From: Bilabrum cf. latius | Taxonomy: Eukaryota | Assembly: GCA_965178125.1 (NCBI GenBank) | Contig: OZ237749.1 | Location: 496,001 to 560,000, forward strand | Direction: 5' to 3' | DNA: 64,000 bases | Shown here: in pieces, positions 40,024 to 51,841 of the stretch | Layout: every line of letters begins with the position of its first letter | Position numbering within the stretch: the stretch's first letter is position 1 | Notes under the pieces: model-generated | Database searches by the model: none | What the model saw: the letters and a program-made list of their open reading frames with translations, nothing else | Told to the model about the DNA's origin: nothing | Position numbers and translations under genes: made by a program

Positions 40024-40644
40024 TCACAGACGGTTTCCCAAGTCAAAGGTTTGCCGAATGAAGTTTTCCAACTGACTAAATGATGAAAACACCGTGTAGT
40101 GTGATTTGTCTAACTGACTAATCAGACCGATTCGGCTTCTTTCCACTGCATCCAAGATATCCTTGGACTCGGATTTAATATCCTCAAACAAGGAGTGACT
40201 TGGAACACACACGAAAATACTTTCCAGCTTAAATAAATCTTTTCCAAGCTCAATATCACTACAGAAGACAATGATGCGCCGACCTTTCTTGGTTAGCCAA
40301 CGACTCTTCACATCCTCATATACTTTCTTACAGTGTCCGTAGTAAGTAAGACGGTGAGTAGACTCATCTCCACTCTCAATCATTTTGTCTAACTTTCTAA
40401 TTTCATCCGTTTTAAGGTGCGCCCTAACGACCTCGTCCAAATCCACTAGAAGTAGATTTTTATCCACGGATTCCAATTCCCTGACTAGGTGAGTCTTTCC
40501 CGCTCATCTGGGAACAACTACACACACCTTCTGACGCTAATGCGGTAATTTAGTGGCCCATCCATACACACATTTGGACCCCTGGTATGCCAAAGGCACC
40601 ATTGTTCCAATCACGGTCGCTCCAGTAAGAATCGCTGAAGCCAT
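40024..40644 (-). pseudogene. P-loop NTPase/kinase-like virophage gene with an internal TGA
   Basis: VCVVVPR[TGA]AGKTHLV with TGA at 40504-40506, followed by LLLVDLDE. Promoter motif lies upstream of ATG 40644. Confidence 0.55.
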
Positions 40645-40689
40645 TCTGTCGTTTTATATACTATAAGACAACACAATATATATATTCCA

Positions 40690-42459
40690 TCACTAGTTCA
40701 TTATTGCGAGCAACTGATTACGAGATAGTGATTTTCCTCCCGTTAATCCGGCCGCGGTCATACCTGCAGCAGTCATTCCTCGGCCTTTCTTTCCTTTCCC
40801 CATCCCTGCTAATTTAGCGACTTGCGTGCCAGTCTACACGACATCTCCTATTGTGGAAAGTAGTTTCTTGGCTTTTCCGCTCTTTACATAGTCCGCTACC
40901 TTCCTTAGAGCGTGTCTAATCTTGCGACCAAGATGCCTCCTCTTGCCACCGTGAAGACCACTGATTTGACTCTCGTAAACCGTAGGAAGTTTCTGGGCGG
41001 AAAGAACATCAGCACGACTGATAACACCCTAAGAATATTCGTATTTGGTGCCCTCAATCAGGTTTAGCACACCTTCATACAGACCCACAATTACCAGCTC
41101 CACACCACCTGCGGGGTAATCCTCTAAGTCGTTGTTCTGAACCTAAGCGGTGATGGAAATCTCGTTGGAACCGTTAGAACCATTCGTCTAATCCACATCT
41201 AGGCTCAAGTCCTTGGCGGGGTCAAGGCAGATAAGTCCACCGCTCAGAACCTTGTCGCCAAACTTTCTCATTACCCACTCTTCATACTCCTGTTCCAAGC
41301 CGTTTGTTCTGGATAAGTCCCACAGTTGCTCTCGTGATGCGTCTGCAAGAAGACCCGAACGGTTGTTCATCTGGACGGAGAGCGATTGAATCCCTAGGAA
41401 TGTGTTCCCCTTGTCCGTAGGAAGAGTGTTGGGCGACCGCCTTGCGAACACGAAAATGCGAGAAGGAACGGAATTGGAAAGTTTATTGTTGTTATTCACT
41501 AGAGTAGCGGTGGCTCCGCTTGAAATTGCGGCGCCGTGTGCCTGGACATACTGCGTCATTTCAAAGACGTCGTAGGAAACTTGCTTGGGTAGGGTAAAGC
41601 CGACCTTTGGGGTAAGCATTTCAAGCATTAGCCTGGGGTTCATTACCTTGACATCCGAGACGCTCACGGAAGCTCCCTGGGGAACATATTGAGACCAAAG
41701 GGTGTTGCGAAGATTGGCGAAGTTCACATCCAATTCAAGGGTTTCCAGACCGAATAAGGCGGGTTGCTCTTGCTTGGTTTCATAGTGGAAAGGGGGAACC
41801 ATAATACATTCGGCTACGGTGAACCTCACGGTGCGTTGTGCCGTGCCTGGACCTGCTGCGGTCTAGGCGGGAACTGGGGTATTGTCTGGTGTGTTTTCCA
41901 ACTAGAAATATCCGACACCACGTCCTGGACTCTGATACATACCGTCAGAATACGACCGAAGAGGGTTATTGGAAGCAGCGTTCATCATTGAATAACTGGG
42001 ACAATTATCACGGCGATACACGGAATTCAGGCAGTTTACCTTGTGGACTTCGTCATCAAGACAGTGATTGACAACATCCATAATCTGTGCGTTATTCTGG
42101 GTAAAGCGAACGGAATCAAGCGTTGCGGTTTGGGTGGCGATAGAACGGTTCAAGGGGTATGCCCTGGGGGCGTAAGCGTCTTCTCCAAATGGGACAATTG
42201 TTGCTGCATTCGTGTTGCTGAAGTCAATAGTTAGTTCAAAGGTTGCGGACATATACCCACGGCGACTGACACCGACCCCTGAGGGGATGGAAAGCGACCA
42301 ATTCACGCCTGAGGAATAGTCACCGGCAGACCCTGAAGGGGCGTAGGAACGGAAGGTTCGGTTGGCGTATCCAGTATCCACGGCGTAGGGTTTGGGAGTG
42401 ATGTCAAGAGAAGCGGGTTCAATCTTAACTGGCTCCAATGCGTGAATATTGAGGCTCAT
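40690..42459 (-). CDS. Virophage major capsid protein (589 aa with TAG=Gln)
   Basis: PRAYPLN, NNPL, ECIMVPPF, VPSRIFVFAR, NNRSGLLADASREQLWDLSRTNG, DPAKDLSL, YEGVL, and a Gly/basic tail after GLHGG. 7 TAGs; ends TAG-TGA. Confidence 0.92.
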
Positions 42460-42673
42460 TGTCTGTTATACTATACAGTCCGTTTTAAATTCTGATATTC
42501 CTTTCAAGAAATATCAAACAAATCATTTCCAATGCTTTCCAATGCTTTCCAATGCATTTCTCAAACATCACGTTTTCACAAAAAGTAACATAAAAATGTG
42601 AAAGTGAAGCAAACGCTTCATTCTTAGCCTTTTGGTCAAGATGCTCGCGCTTGAGCGCGCTCCGCTCTTTTGC

Positions 42674-43789
42674 TTATTCTTTTCTAAAAAGCTCAAACTT
42701 AAATTTCACCGATGCGGAACCGTGCCGAAGATATAGGGGGTGCGTCTCTCCGTAGGAATCTTTCCAATACAAATTAAACTGTAGCGTGTCAATACTAGAA
42801 GCGTTGAGAAGGTCTATGGTGTGTTCTATCTTGGGCTGATACTGGAGAACGGCCTGGTTAATCATCTGGGAATCATCTAGGACACAATCCATATCCACCA
42901 AAACACTTTCCGTGCCTCCTGTAGAACTAATGGACTAATTCGTGGAAAATCCAAATGGAGTTTTGGCCGATACCCCCTCGCTTCGCACTGGAAGACTGCT
43001 CGTTGTGAAAACGACTCCGCGGAACACCTGGAAATGTGCTAAGCTACCCCTATCCTGGGTCATCTTGAGTCTGTAAGGTGACTGGGGAATTGTTTCCGTG
43101 TATGCAATTGGTGTGAATCCATCATCATCGTTTTTCACTAAATAGTTTGTTCCTAGGGATTTGAAAAGAACGGAGGAAAACACGTCTGGGTTCGTGTCTT
43201 GGATTCGTTGGACTGGGAAACCGCTTAGAAGTTCGCCCAATGGTTCATTCAACACCAATCTGTATTTCTGGGAAGGTTGTCCTTCGTGATAGTTGGAATC
43301 AGCGAACAGGGAAAACTTTCCGTCGTCATAGGTAAGCGTTGGCGTGGTTGCTACTGCTGACTAGGAAAACTTCTGCATTGTCTCATTGAAGAGACTGACA
43401 AAGTGTTCTATCGTGTATAAATAATAATATCTTGTAAATGCCTGGGGGGACTACCAGCTCGGCTACGGTTCTGCGATTAACTAGGGTTTCCAAATGATGG
43501 GTTGCGTTGCTACAATGCTCCCGTCCTTCACGTCTTGGATGCTGATTCTGTAGATGGTCTGGTCTGGATTCTTGCTGGAATTTGTGGAAAGGTCTATATC
43601 TATGTGGGGAATCCATACGGGAATTGTATTGGTGGATATAGTGAACCGTTGGACGCTTAATTTGTAATCCTCTACATTTGCACTTAAGATTGGCTTCTTC
43701 CTCACCTCATTGTATTGGGCGGGCTGGTAGGAGTCTTCGTTATTGCGTATATTTGCGTTGATGTAGAAGTAGTCAGGTTGCTTTGACAT
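42674..43789 (-). CDS. Virophage minor capsid (penton) protein (371 aa)
   Basis: YNEVRKKPIL..DYKLSVQRF..IPVWIP, IIWKP*, C-terminal LYWKDSYGETHPLYL..KFELFRKE. 5 TAGs; TAA stop. Confidence 0.9.
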
Positions 43790-43829
43790 TTACTATACTA
43801 TCACTTTTTTAGAAAAAGTAATCCTTTTA

Positions 43830-44007
43830 ATGATCCTAACGCCGGATGGGGTTCGGTGTTGATGCCAGAGTGGGAGCGCGTGAACGTCTCGTTGGGTTCC
43901 GATGGCGGTTGCGACCGGGAAGGTGCGACCAAGCCAACGGATTGCTTGCGATGACGCGCATACCCTCTCTGTGTTCAGGAGAGGGGCGGAGATTGGGTAA
44001 TTTTTGC
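43830..44007 (+). repeat. Ngaro repeat A1 (copy A2 at 48924-49101)
   Basis: 178-bp direct repeat at offset 5094. Confidence 0.95.
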
Positions 44008-44024
44008 ACCGACTGGCAGCTTCG

Positions 44025-47000
44025 ATGCACTCATCCCCGCCACCGGTCGACGCTCTACCCGCTCATCAGCCACCCCGTGAACCTCCTGTCTCATCTTCTG
44101 CCTCACCGCAGCCTGCGTCTTCAATTGACCCAGTTTCACCGGGCGCAGGCACGGCAGTGGACTCCGCGGTCGGTCGCTCGCAACCAGTGGAGAATTTGTA
44201 GCGTGAGGCCTCTGCACCTTCAATCGCTGCAATTCGAATGCAGAATTGGTTTTCTGATGATTTCTTGGCAACGTTGACCTCGATCTTTCGCCAATCCGCG
44301 TTCATGCCGCGGTTTTGCTAGGCTGACGCGCTTCATTTGGACGCTAGCGGCCGCGATTTCGCTGCCGAACTGGCCCGTGCCCTGTTTGGTCAGGCTGTGA
44401 CGAGAGCCAAGATTGAATCGGCTATTTTCTCGTTCACGAGCCGGCTTCATGCAGCTCTGCCGATGAGCAATGCTAGTTTTGGGAAGTTTGATGCGTCCAA
44501 CTCGGAGTCGTCTGCTGCAGGCGGACGAGACAAGTAGGTACCATCTAGCGAGTTACTATGCACTATTTACTCGGCTATTTCCTTTGCTTTAGGCTGTGTG
44601 CTTGTGCGGGCTGCTTGCGTGCATTCGACGGCGTCCTTGCCGTCCTGGTTGCCGCAGGGCAGCAGCTCGTGGTAGTGTCCAGCATCACTAGTGCCCGATT
44701 GGAAAACCTTAGGGCAGGTTCGCAATGATTTTCTTCGTTTAGTTAGTGCTTCCGGGGCATCATCTGCATCGGCGTCCAGACTAGAGGTGGTGTTTGCCGC
44801 TGTGTGTGTGATACCACGCGGAAGTTCAGCTTTTGAGATGCTCTCATCCCATGCTTGGCGCCATACAGGCGAACGCTGTGACGTTGAGATTCGTGACCTT
44901 GTTGGGAATGAGATTCCATCGTGCTCTTCTGGCGACTGCATGCGTCTCCTACAATTGCTGCATCCGTGGGCCACTGAGGCATGCAGATCAGGCGAACCTG
45001 GCCTCGTGCGCGGACTGCTACAGGGAGTCCAGGCTGACATGCAGGCGCCGTCCCGTCGAGCAGCACTGTCCCGTCACTTCGACCCCCGCGGGGGCAGTGG
45101 AGGCCGGGGCAGTGGAGGCGGGGGCAGTGGAGGCTCCAGGCGCAGCGGGGGTGACAGCGACCAGCCCAGTGCCGATCGTGGCGGAGGTCGACACCGTCGA
45201 GGCCGTGGACGTGGCGGTGCAGGCCAGCAAGGTGGCCAGCACCAGCGTGCGGACCGGCAGGACGGGGGTTCCGCCAGGAAGTCCAAGGAGCCTTCACCTG
45301 ACCCCCCCCCACGAGGTACGTCACGTCAGAGCCAGCCCAGCACTCCAACACCAACACTGCCGCAGGGGCGTACGCAGACTACCACCACATCGGACGCGTG
45401 TGCTGCTTCCACACCACCTGTCACGTCAACGCCCGCGCTTCACCCAGTCCTGGTGGCCCTAGCGCGCCCTAAGCGACCGCAGCGGCCGCCCACGGCGTCA
45501 TCCACGAGGCTGCCAGGTAGGACGGACATCTCTCCAGCATTCGTTGACTGGGCATATCCAGCTCCGGATCCAAGCCATGAGTGGGCAGGGACGACAGCAC
45601 CCTCCGTCGAGGACTTCATACAGCGAAAGGACGATCACCAGCGTACCAGAGAATGTCCCGGCGAATTCGTGGAGGCTCCAGCTGCGACGTGGGACCGTGA
45701 GCGGATCCACCTGAAGGTTCACGACGACCCGCTGGCATTCACGCCACGCAAGTACTTCGACAAGGTGCCTCGCTAGACTGCAACACTGCGGACCCGGCGG
45801 GAGGTTCTGTTTGGCGGCCGCACACCGAGGAAGGCCCCGTCCCTTGCCGAGTTTAAAGCCCTCCCACGAGTCGAGCGTGTACTGGCAGCACTGAACTATG
45901 GTTGCCCCCTAGCCATCGTGGACTAGGTGCCCAAAGAGCACGATCTAGACTACAAGGACCGTAAGCTGTCTCCGGAAGAAAAGTGGGAGATCGCCTGCGA
46001 GATCGGGCGCTCCATGCGGGCTGGCGAGCGTGACTTCGTGTCACCCAAAGATTTCGACACAGCCCGGGCCCGGCCGCTGGTGATCCCCAAGAAGGACTCG
46101 ACAAAGCTACGGTTCCTTCAGGACTCCTCACTCAAGGTGAACGGCCAGCGTACCGGTCTGAACAAGGCCATCGACTACAGTGCAGCCACGCCTGTGCAGC
46201 AGACGAGCAGCATGGACGTGCTGCGCTCGGCAGCCGCAGCAGTTCGATCCTGCCCCAAGCGTGCCAGCGGATACGTCGTCGACATTTCCTCGTACTTTCG
46301 GGTCCTGCCGGTGGCAGTGGAGGATCTCCAATACAACCTGATCAAGCTGCCCGACGGGCGCATCGTGCAAGATTTCAGGCTCTCTATGGGCAGCTCATCA
46401 TCTCCCGCATTCGCAACTACGATCAGTTCGGCTTTGGCCCAAGCCCTCGAGGAGCAGTCCATTGGCAGGGCCATGCGACCCGGACGGAGACACAAGCAGA
46501 AGCAACGACGCCGGAAGCAGCAGCACGCCAACGCCCAATCCAGCACGACGGACCAGGCGCCCCAGGCGAACTCGTCAGCAACGTCCACCCCGCCTGCCGC
46601 TAGCACGACAACGGGACATGTCAAGACGGCCCAAGACTAGTCCCGCCATTGGTAGGTCGAAAATGAGGTGTTTGTAGATGACTTTGCCTGCCTCGGCGGA
46701 GATCACGAAGTCGATGCATGGGCAATTCGAGCCATGGGGCAGCTGGACTCCACAAACTTCCCCGTCAGCATCTCGAAAGCATTGAAGCAAGGGGCCCCAG
46801 CCCCGGTGTTCGAGTACTTGGGCCTCACCTACGACTTGATCAAACACGAGGTGCGGTGCCCTAAGGACAAGGCCAACGACGTCCTGCGCAGACTGCACGA
46901 GGCACTCACGACGAAGGGGATGCTGCTGTCTAGCTTTGAGACCTTGGTCGGCAAGTTGTCCTTCCTGTCGGGCGCACTTTATGGTATGCGCGGTGCTCTA

Positions 47001-48560
47001 CGTCCCCTGTATGACGCCAAAGGCTGGGCCCTTCACAAGTAGGCCAGCCGGTCACGACCAGGTGAGGTGTGGGTCCCCACCTCCTTTGTGTCCAAGGGTG
47101 GCTTCACAGTTGGGGAAATCCTCGAGGGATTCCAGGTGGCTATCCAGCGCAAAGGCGGGCGCAGTTTTCCGATGCGGGGCACCATTGACTGTCCCATCCT
47201 TCGCACTGATGCGTCGGTGACAGGCTACGGCGCCGAGCTGCTTCTCCACGACAAGGACGGCAACATCACTTCGCACACCGGCATCCAGGGCACTTGGCCG
47301 CATCGCCTAGAGGCGAAGGATGTAGCGGCGGCAGAACTTGCAACATGTTTGTTGGCACTGGCGCATTGGCGACAGCACCTGCGTGGACGTGTGGTGCGTT
47401 TGTGGTGTGATAATGATGCTTCCGTGTAGCTGATACGCTACGGCAGACCCAAGAGCCACATCATGGCAGCCTTACTTCGCCCTATCTTCGTACTGCAGAC
47501 AACGCAAGATGTGCAGATTCACGTGAAACACATTCCTGGCGAGGACAACGTCGTCGCGGACGCTTTGTGCCGCGGCTCACAGGAGGCATACACGCACCTG
47601 GACGCGGTGTATCAGGTCGACTGTCCCACGCCGATCTGGAACACCTTGTACAAGCACGTCCATTTCACGCTGGTGGCCTCTCTGGACTCAGTGGGTTGCG
47701 CACGGCGTGGGGGCACTTCGACAACTTCCTCACGTGGTACGACATCGACCGCAGCTTCATGGACGGGCATCTTCCAGCAGCTCGCAGACTCTTCGCGTTC
47801 AGGCTCAATGCAGCGCTCTCGAGATTCGCAGTCTTCTTAGGGGAATGTTCGCCTCTCAGTGGCGGCACCATCGCTACATACACCAGAAATGCCTAGCGAG
47901 TCGTCATCGAGTCCACAGGAGCGTGCGGCGTCCCACGGTCAAGCTAGCTCGACAGCATCCTCCGGTACTACCACAAAGCATCGCCATCGGCGCACCCGTT
48001 GCGTCGATCTTCAGCCCCACTCCGCGCAATCCGACGGTGTTTCTCGACAGCCGGTTGCAGCACAACAGAGTAGGCTGCTCGGGCAGCTGTCTGTCTCTGC
48101 TTCTGTGGGGGCCTCCGGCTGGGAGAGCTCGTCGGTGCGTCCAGACGACAAGCCGGCCTCCAATGGCAGCAAGTGCAGTTCATCACGCGAGACGGACGCA
48201 TCCATGGTGTTGCCATCCGCCTGGGCCTCCACAAAGCCGACGGCCCAGCCAAGTTCTCCATCCAAGCCGCAGAGCCCATCGCAGTCCATTGCAGAGCCGG
48301 ACGATGGGCAGTCACAGGCAGCAGGTTCTGCGGCGTGCGAGCCTTCGTGGCGTGGGCAGCAGCGAGCCACGCCCCAACTGCAGGCGCAGACGAAGACTAC
48401 GCCCGGTAGCTGGCGCTCAGCTGCCCCACGTCAGGGCCAGTCTTCGTGGCGAACACGAAGCCGATCGTCAAGGCGCAGGTAGTACGGGCGCTCCGCAGCT
48501 TCTGCTCACGAGAAGTTGCAGGAGCGGTGCACGGACATTCCATCCGCATCGCGGCAGTGA
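44025..48560 (+). CDS. Ngaro Gag-like/RT/RNase H polyprotein (1511 aa with TAG=Gln)
   Basis: Seven ORF fragments share one frame. VIPKKDSTKLRFLQD, VDISSYF, LSMGSSSSP, FVDDF, TDAS..E..WCDN..HIPGEDNVVADALCR; TGA stop. Confidence 0.85.
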
Positions 48561-48754
48561 TGTGTTTGGACCGTGCTGGGGTCGCCTTCGAGGTCATTAG
48601 GCGATTTGGCAGATGGAAGTCGGCATCTGCATGCGAGGTGTACTTGCGGGGCGTCAGGGAAGGCTTGCATCCTCTGGAGCTCGGCGGCAGGAGCCTCGAT
48701 TTGAACAGGCCAGTGTGGGTGCTGGCCAGCGCGCTGCGGCTGAACTTGGAGTGA
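47567..48754 (+). CDS. Ngaro tyrosine recombinase (start uncertain; frame open from 47417)
   Basis: GGLRLGEL (R), HKAD (K), GHSIRIAA (HxxR), GRWKS..VYLR (W, Y). Joined across TAGs; TGA stop. Confidence 0.88.
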
Positions 48755-48794
48755 GCCACACAGCCGCAGCGTACAAGACATGGCGGTAAGATTT

Positions 48795-49256
48795 GGCGGA
48801 GTAGTGCACGTGCTCTTCCCAGCCCCGGTCAGTCCGGTCAAGGGTCGCGCACAGGCACAGCTTTGTCAGGTCTTGCCATGTCTGATTGTTAACGAGACTA
48901 GGTTGCGCGTACACTCTGGCATCATGATCCTAACGCCGGATGGGGTTCGGTGTTGATGCCAGAGTGGGAGCGCGTGAACGTCTCGTTGGGTTCCGATGGC
49001 GGTTGCGACCGGGAAGGTGCGACCAAGCCAACGGATTGCTTGCGATGACGCGCATACCCTCTCTGTGTTCAGGAGAGGGGCGGAGATTGGGTAATTTTTG
49101 CCCACCCTCCCAACCCCCTCCTCCTCGGCGGAGTAGTGCACGTGCTCTTCCCAGCCCCGGTCAGTCCGGTCAAGGGTCGCGCACAGGCACAGCTTTGTCA
49201 GGTCTTGCCATGTCTGATTGTTAACGAGACTAGGTTGCGCGTACACTCTGGCATCA
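48795..49256 (+). repeat. Ngaro 3' repeat block B1-A2-B2
   Basis: B (130 bp) occurs at 48795 and 49127, flanking A2. Confidence 0.95.
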
Positions 49257-49388
49257 GAAAAGAATAAGCAAAAGAGCGGAGTGCGCACAGTGAACGGGAA
49301 GGGTTTTCAACCCTTTGGGAATTGCTAAAAAAAACATTCTAAAGATATACTAAGTGGTTTTTGTGTTACGTTTTCTGAAAAAGTAACT

Positions 49389-49919
49389 ATGGACTACGCT
49401 CTAAGTGATACAGATGTAAGGAATTTGTGCGGGAATCCGCCCAGAGTGAAGGGGTTCAAGGCGTGTGCCGTCTCCATTATACCATATGAGAACTTGGAAA
49501 GGGTGGAAAGCATAGATAGAATCGTTTCACCGTCCAAGCCTTGTATTTTGTTGTATTAGGAAAGTCCTAATTCAGGTCATTGGGTTGCCTTGTTTCGTCG
49601 TGGGAAAACCCTGTGTTTCTTTGACCCCTATGGCGTGAAACCAGATATGTAGCAGACTCTAATGAGTTCTACAGTCAGGAAACAATTCTATGAAAATCCG
49701 CACCTTGCTAGACTAATGTATGAATGCCCTTACTCTATAGATTACAATTAGTATCCTTTCCAAGCCGATGGAGACGACATAGCAACCTGTGGGAGACACT
49801 GCGTAGTCCGCCTTTGGAATCGTGGGAAAAGCACGGAAATGTATGGAAAATATGTGGAAAAGGTCTGTAACTCCCAGCAAATCAATCCAGATGAATTAGT
49901 GTTCTTATTGACGAACTAA
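49389..49919 (+). CDS. Virophage maturation cysteine protease (176 aa; absent from the ORF track)
   Basis: YALSDTDV, ILLY*ESPNSGHWVAL (His), FFDPYG (Asp), FQ..IATCGRHC (Cys). 3 TAGs; TAA stop. Confidence 0.92.
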
Positions 49920-50087
49920 CGCCCTTCCGTGGGTTCTTAAAAAGTGACGAACTGACGCCCTTCCGTGGGCGTGCTACGGGTAAACACACGAAGCGATTGC
50001 TTCGTTCTGTGCTTTTTAATTTACTTTTTCTTAAAAAGTGACGAACTAACGCCCTTCCGTGGGTTCTTAAAAAGTGACGAACTAACA
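49910..50087. repeat. 36-bp direct repeats (starts 49910, 49946, 50040, 50076)
   Basis: Unit GACGAACTAACGCCCTTCCGTGGGTTCTTAAAAAGT, two full and two partial copies. Confidence 0.9.
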
Positions 50088-50167
50088 ACTAAAATGTGTT
50101 TCCATTTTCGTCAAAACTGTATGCGTCCAGTGAAACACTATTATCGTTTTCTATACTATAGAAGGAA

Positions 50168-51079
50168 ATGCCGTCATTCACTTGGACTCAGACAACGGAC
50201 TCCATACCAATTGCGAAAGACACAGAATAGAACAGAATATTGTTCCTAGACAAGAGGGACGACCACGAGACGAAGTTTGGTGACAACGACGATATGACAG
50301 CGGAAGATTTGGAGCTCACGGAAGTTCTTAAGAATAAAGTGTCAATGAAGCGTTTGGATTTACTCAGGAAACATTTGATTCAGTCTGTAGAACCTTTGGA
50401 TAGCGATATGAAGCGGTTCTATGACTTGGCGTAGGAAAAGAAGCGAAAGGAAGTCAGTCTGCGGAAAGGACAATTTGACCCAATGCCGAGTGGGAAAGGG
50501 CGGGAAGTGATATATATTACTGCTCCAAGCGGTGCGGGTAAGTCCACTTGGGTTTCCAAGTATTCCAGGAACTATTCCAGGCTTTTCCCAGGCAGAAAAA
50601 TTGTCTTGTTCTCACGCTTGCAAGACGACGAGGTGTTAGATGCGATTCCATCTCTCGTGAGAATCCAATTAGATGAAGAATTGGTAGAGAATCCCATTGA
50701 TATTCATACCGAATTAAAGGATTGCTTAGTGATTCTAGATGATATTGATACTGTGAATGACAAGAAAATCCGTTTGGCGTTGGAATAGTTGTAGGACGAC
50801 TGTCTGTAGACCGGAAGGCACTCAAACACTTCTTGTTTAATTACTAGTCATTTAAGCACCAATTATAAGAGCACCAGGATAGTGTTAGCGGAATCCCACA
50901 AGGTGGTTATTTTTCCAAGGGCTTCCAGCGCTCATTCCTTGCGTTATTTGTTGAATAAATATGTTGGACTTGAGAAACAAGACATTTCTAAAGTGATGAA
51001 ATTACCGAGCCGTTGGGTGTGTATTCACAGAAATTATCCTAGATATGTTCTTGGTGAGAGACAGGCACATATAGTGTAA
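50168..51079 (+). CDS. Virophage FtsK/HerA-type genome packaging ATPase (303 aa)
   Basis: APSGAGKST, LVILDDID, DDCL*TGRH, ITSH, LAESH, SRWVCI. 5 TAGs; TAA stop. Confidence 0.92.
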
Positions 51080-51168
51080 AAGCTTTTTAGATTATCCTTT
51101 AAAAAAGAATGAAAAGAGCGGAGGCCAAAGGCCGAGCATCCCTTTCACTTAAACTTAAAAGCTTTTCC

Positions 51169-51627
51169 TTAAAAAGTGATATTCTATTCCTTAACATATT
51201 TACTTGCTTGTGGAAGAGGCATTCCAGTCTGCTCCATTACCGCCTTTACCACTCTATTCCTCCGTTTCATTTTCTCGCTTATTTTTCTCTTACGCCCTTC
51301 CGTGTGCCTTTTGGGTTTCCTAGAACCGCCTAGAGATAATCCACCAATGTTTGATAAATCTTCCACTGGGGTTCTGAGGCTGTCAAAACTGCCGACTTGA
51401 AAAGGTGTTTTCTCTTCCTTTCCAGCCAGTTTCTTCCAAATCTGTTTTCCCTTGGCGACTACGCCTTGTCCCAAGGTTCTAAATATGAATTGCATTGCCT
51501 TGGCATCATCTCTCCATTTTCCGCCTTGGAGATTGGGGGACACTTGGGCGATTCTCCCGTTGGCGTCCTTCTATTTCTGCTACACTAGCTACGCTGTCCG
51601 CTTCCTAATGTATTCGTCAATATCCAT
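51169..51627 (-). CDS. Basic putative virion core/DNA-binding protein (152 aa)
   Basis: LQGG/IGG/LGG sites, a K/R-rich stretch, RNRVVKAVMEQTGMPLPQASKYVKE; promoter motif upstream. Confidence 0.55.
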
Positions 51628-51668
51628 TATACTATACTATAACTTTTTATTCACTCTATAGAAAGCAA

Positions 51669-51827
51669 ATGGAAACCATACGAGAACTTCAAGAAGACAA
51701 AAGACTCCTATAGGGATACTGTAAACATATGTCGGAAAAGTATAAGTGGGTGATGTGGGTATAGGACTGTTTCCAACACATTTTCTGCATAAGGGGGTTG
51801 AATCCGCGCACGCTTATTAAAAAGTAA
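51669..51827 (+). CDS. Small virophage hypothetical protein (52 aa)
   Basis: ATG after TCTATAG; two TAGs; TAA stop. Confidence 0.4.
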
Positions 51828-51841
51828 TCTTATAGTAAACT

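Larger units (their letters stand above)
43830..49256 (+). mobile_element. Ngaro-type tyrosine-recombinase retrotransposon, complete, nested in the virophage
   Basis: Split direct repeats A1 43830-44007, B1 48795-48924, A2 48924-49101, B2 49127-49256. RT, RNase H and YR domains; GC-rich island. Confidence 0.93.

Noticed and set aside
40504-40506. Selenocysteine or TGA recoding
   Set aside because: Single instance, not at a Cys-type site, and TGA terminates many genes here; a CGA>TGA mutation is simpler.
43830-49256. LTR retrotransposon or DIRS-type element
   Set aside because: Repeats are split direct A...BAB, not LTRs or inverted repeats; it has YR rather than a DDE integrase; no TSD.
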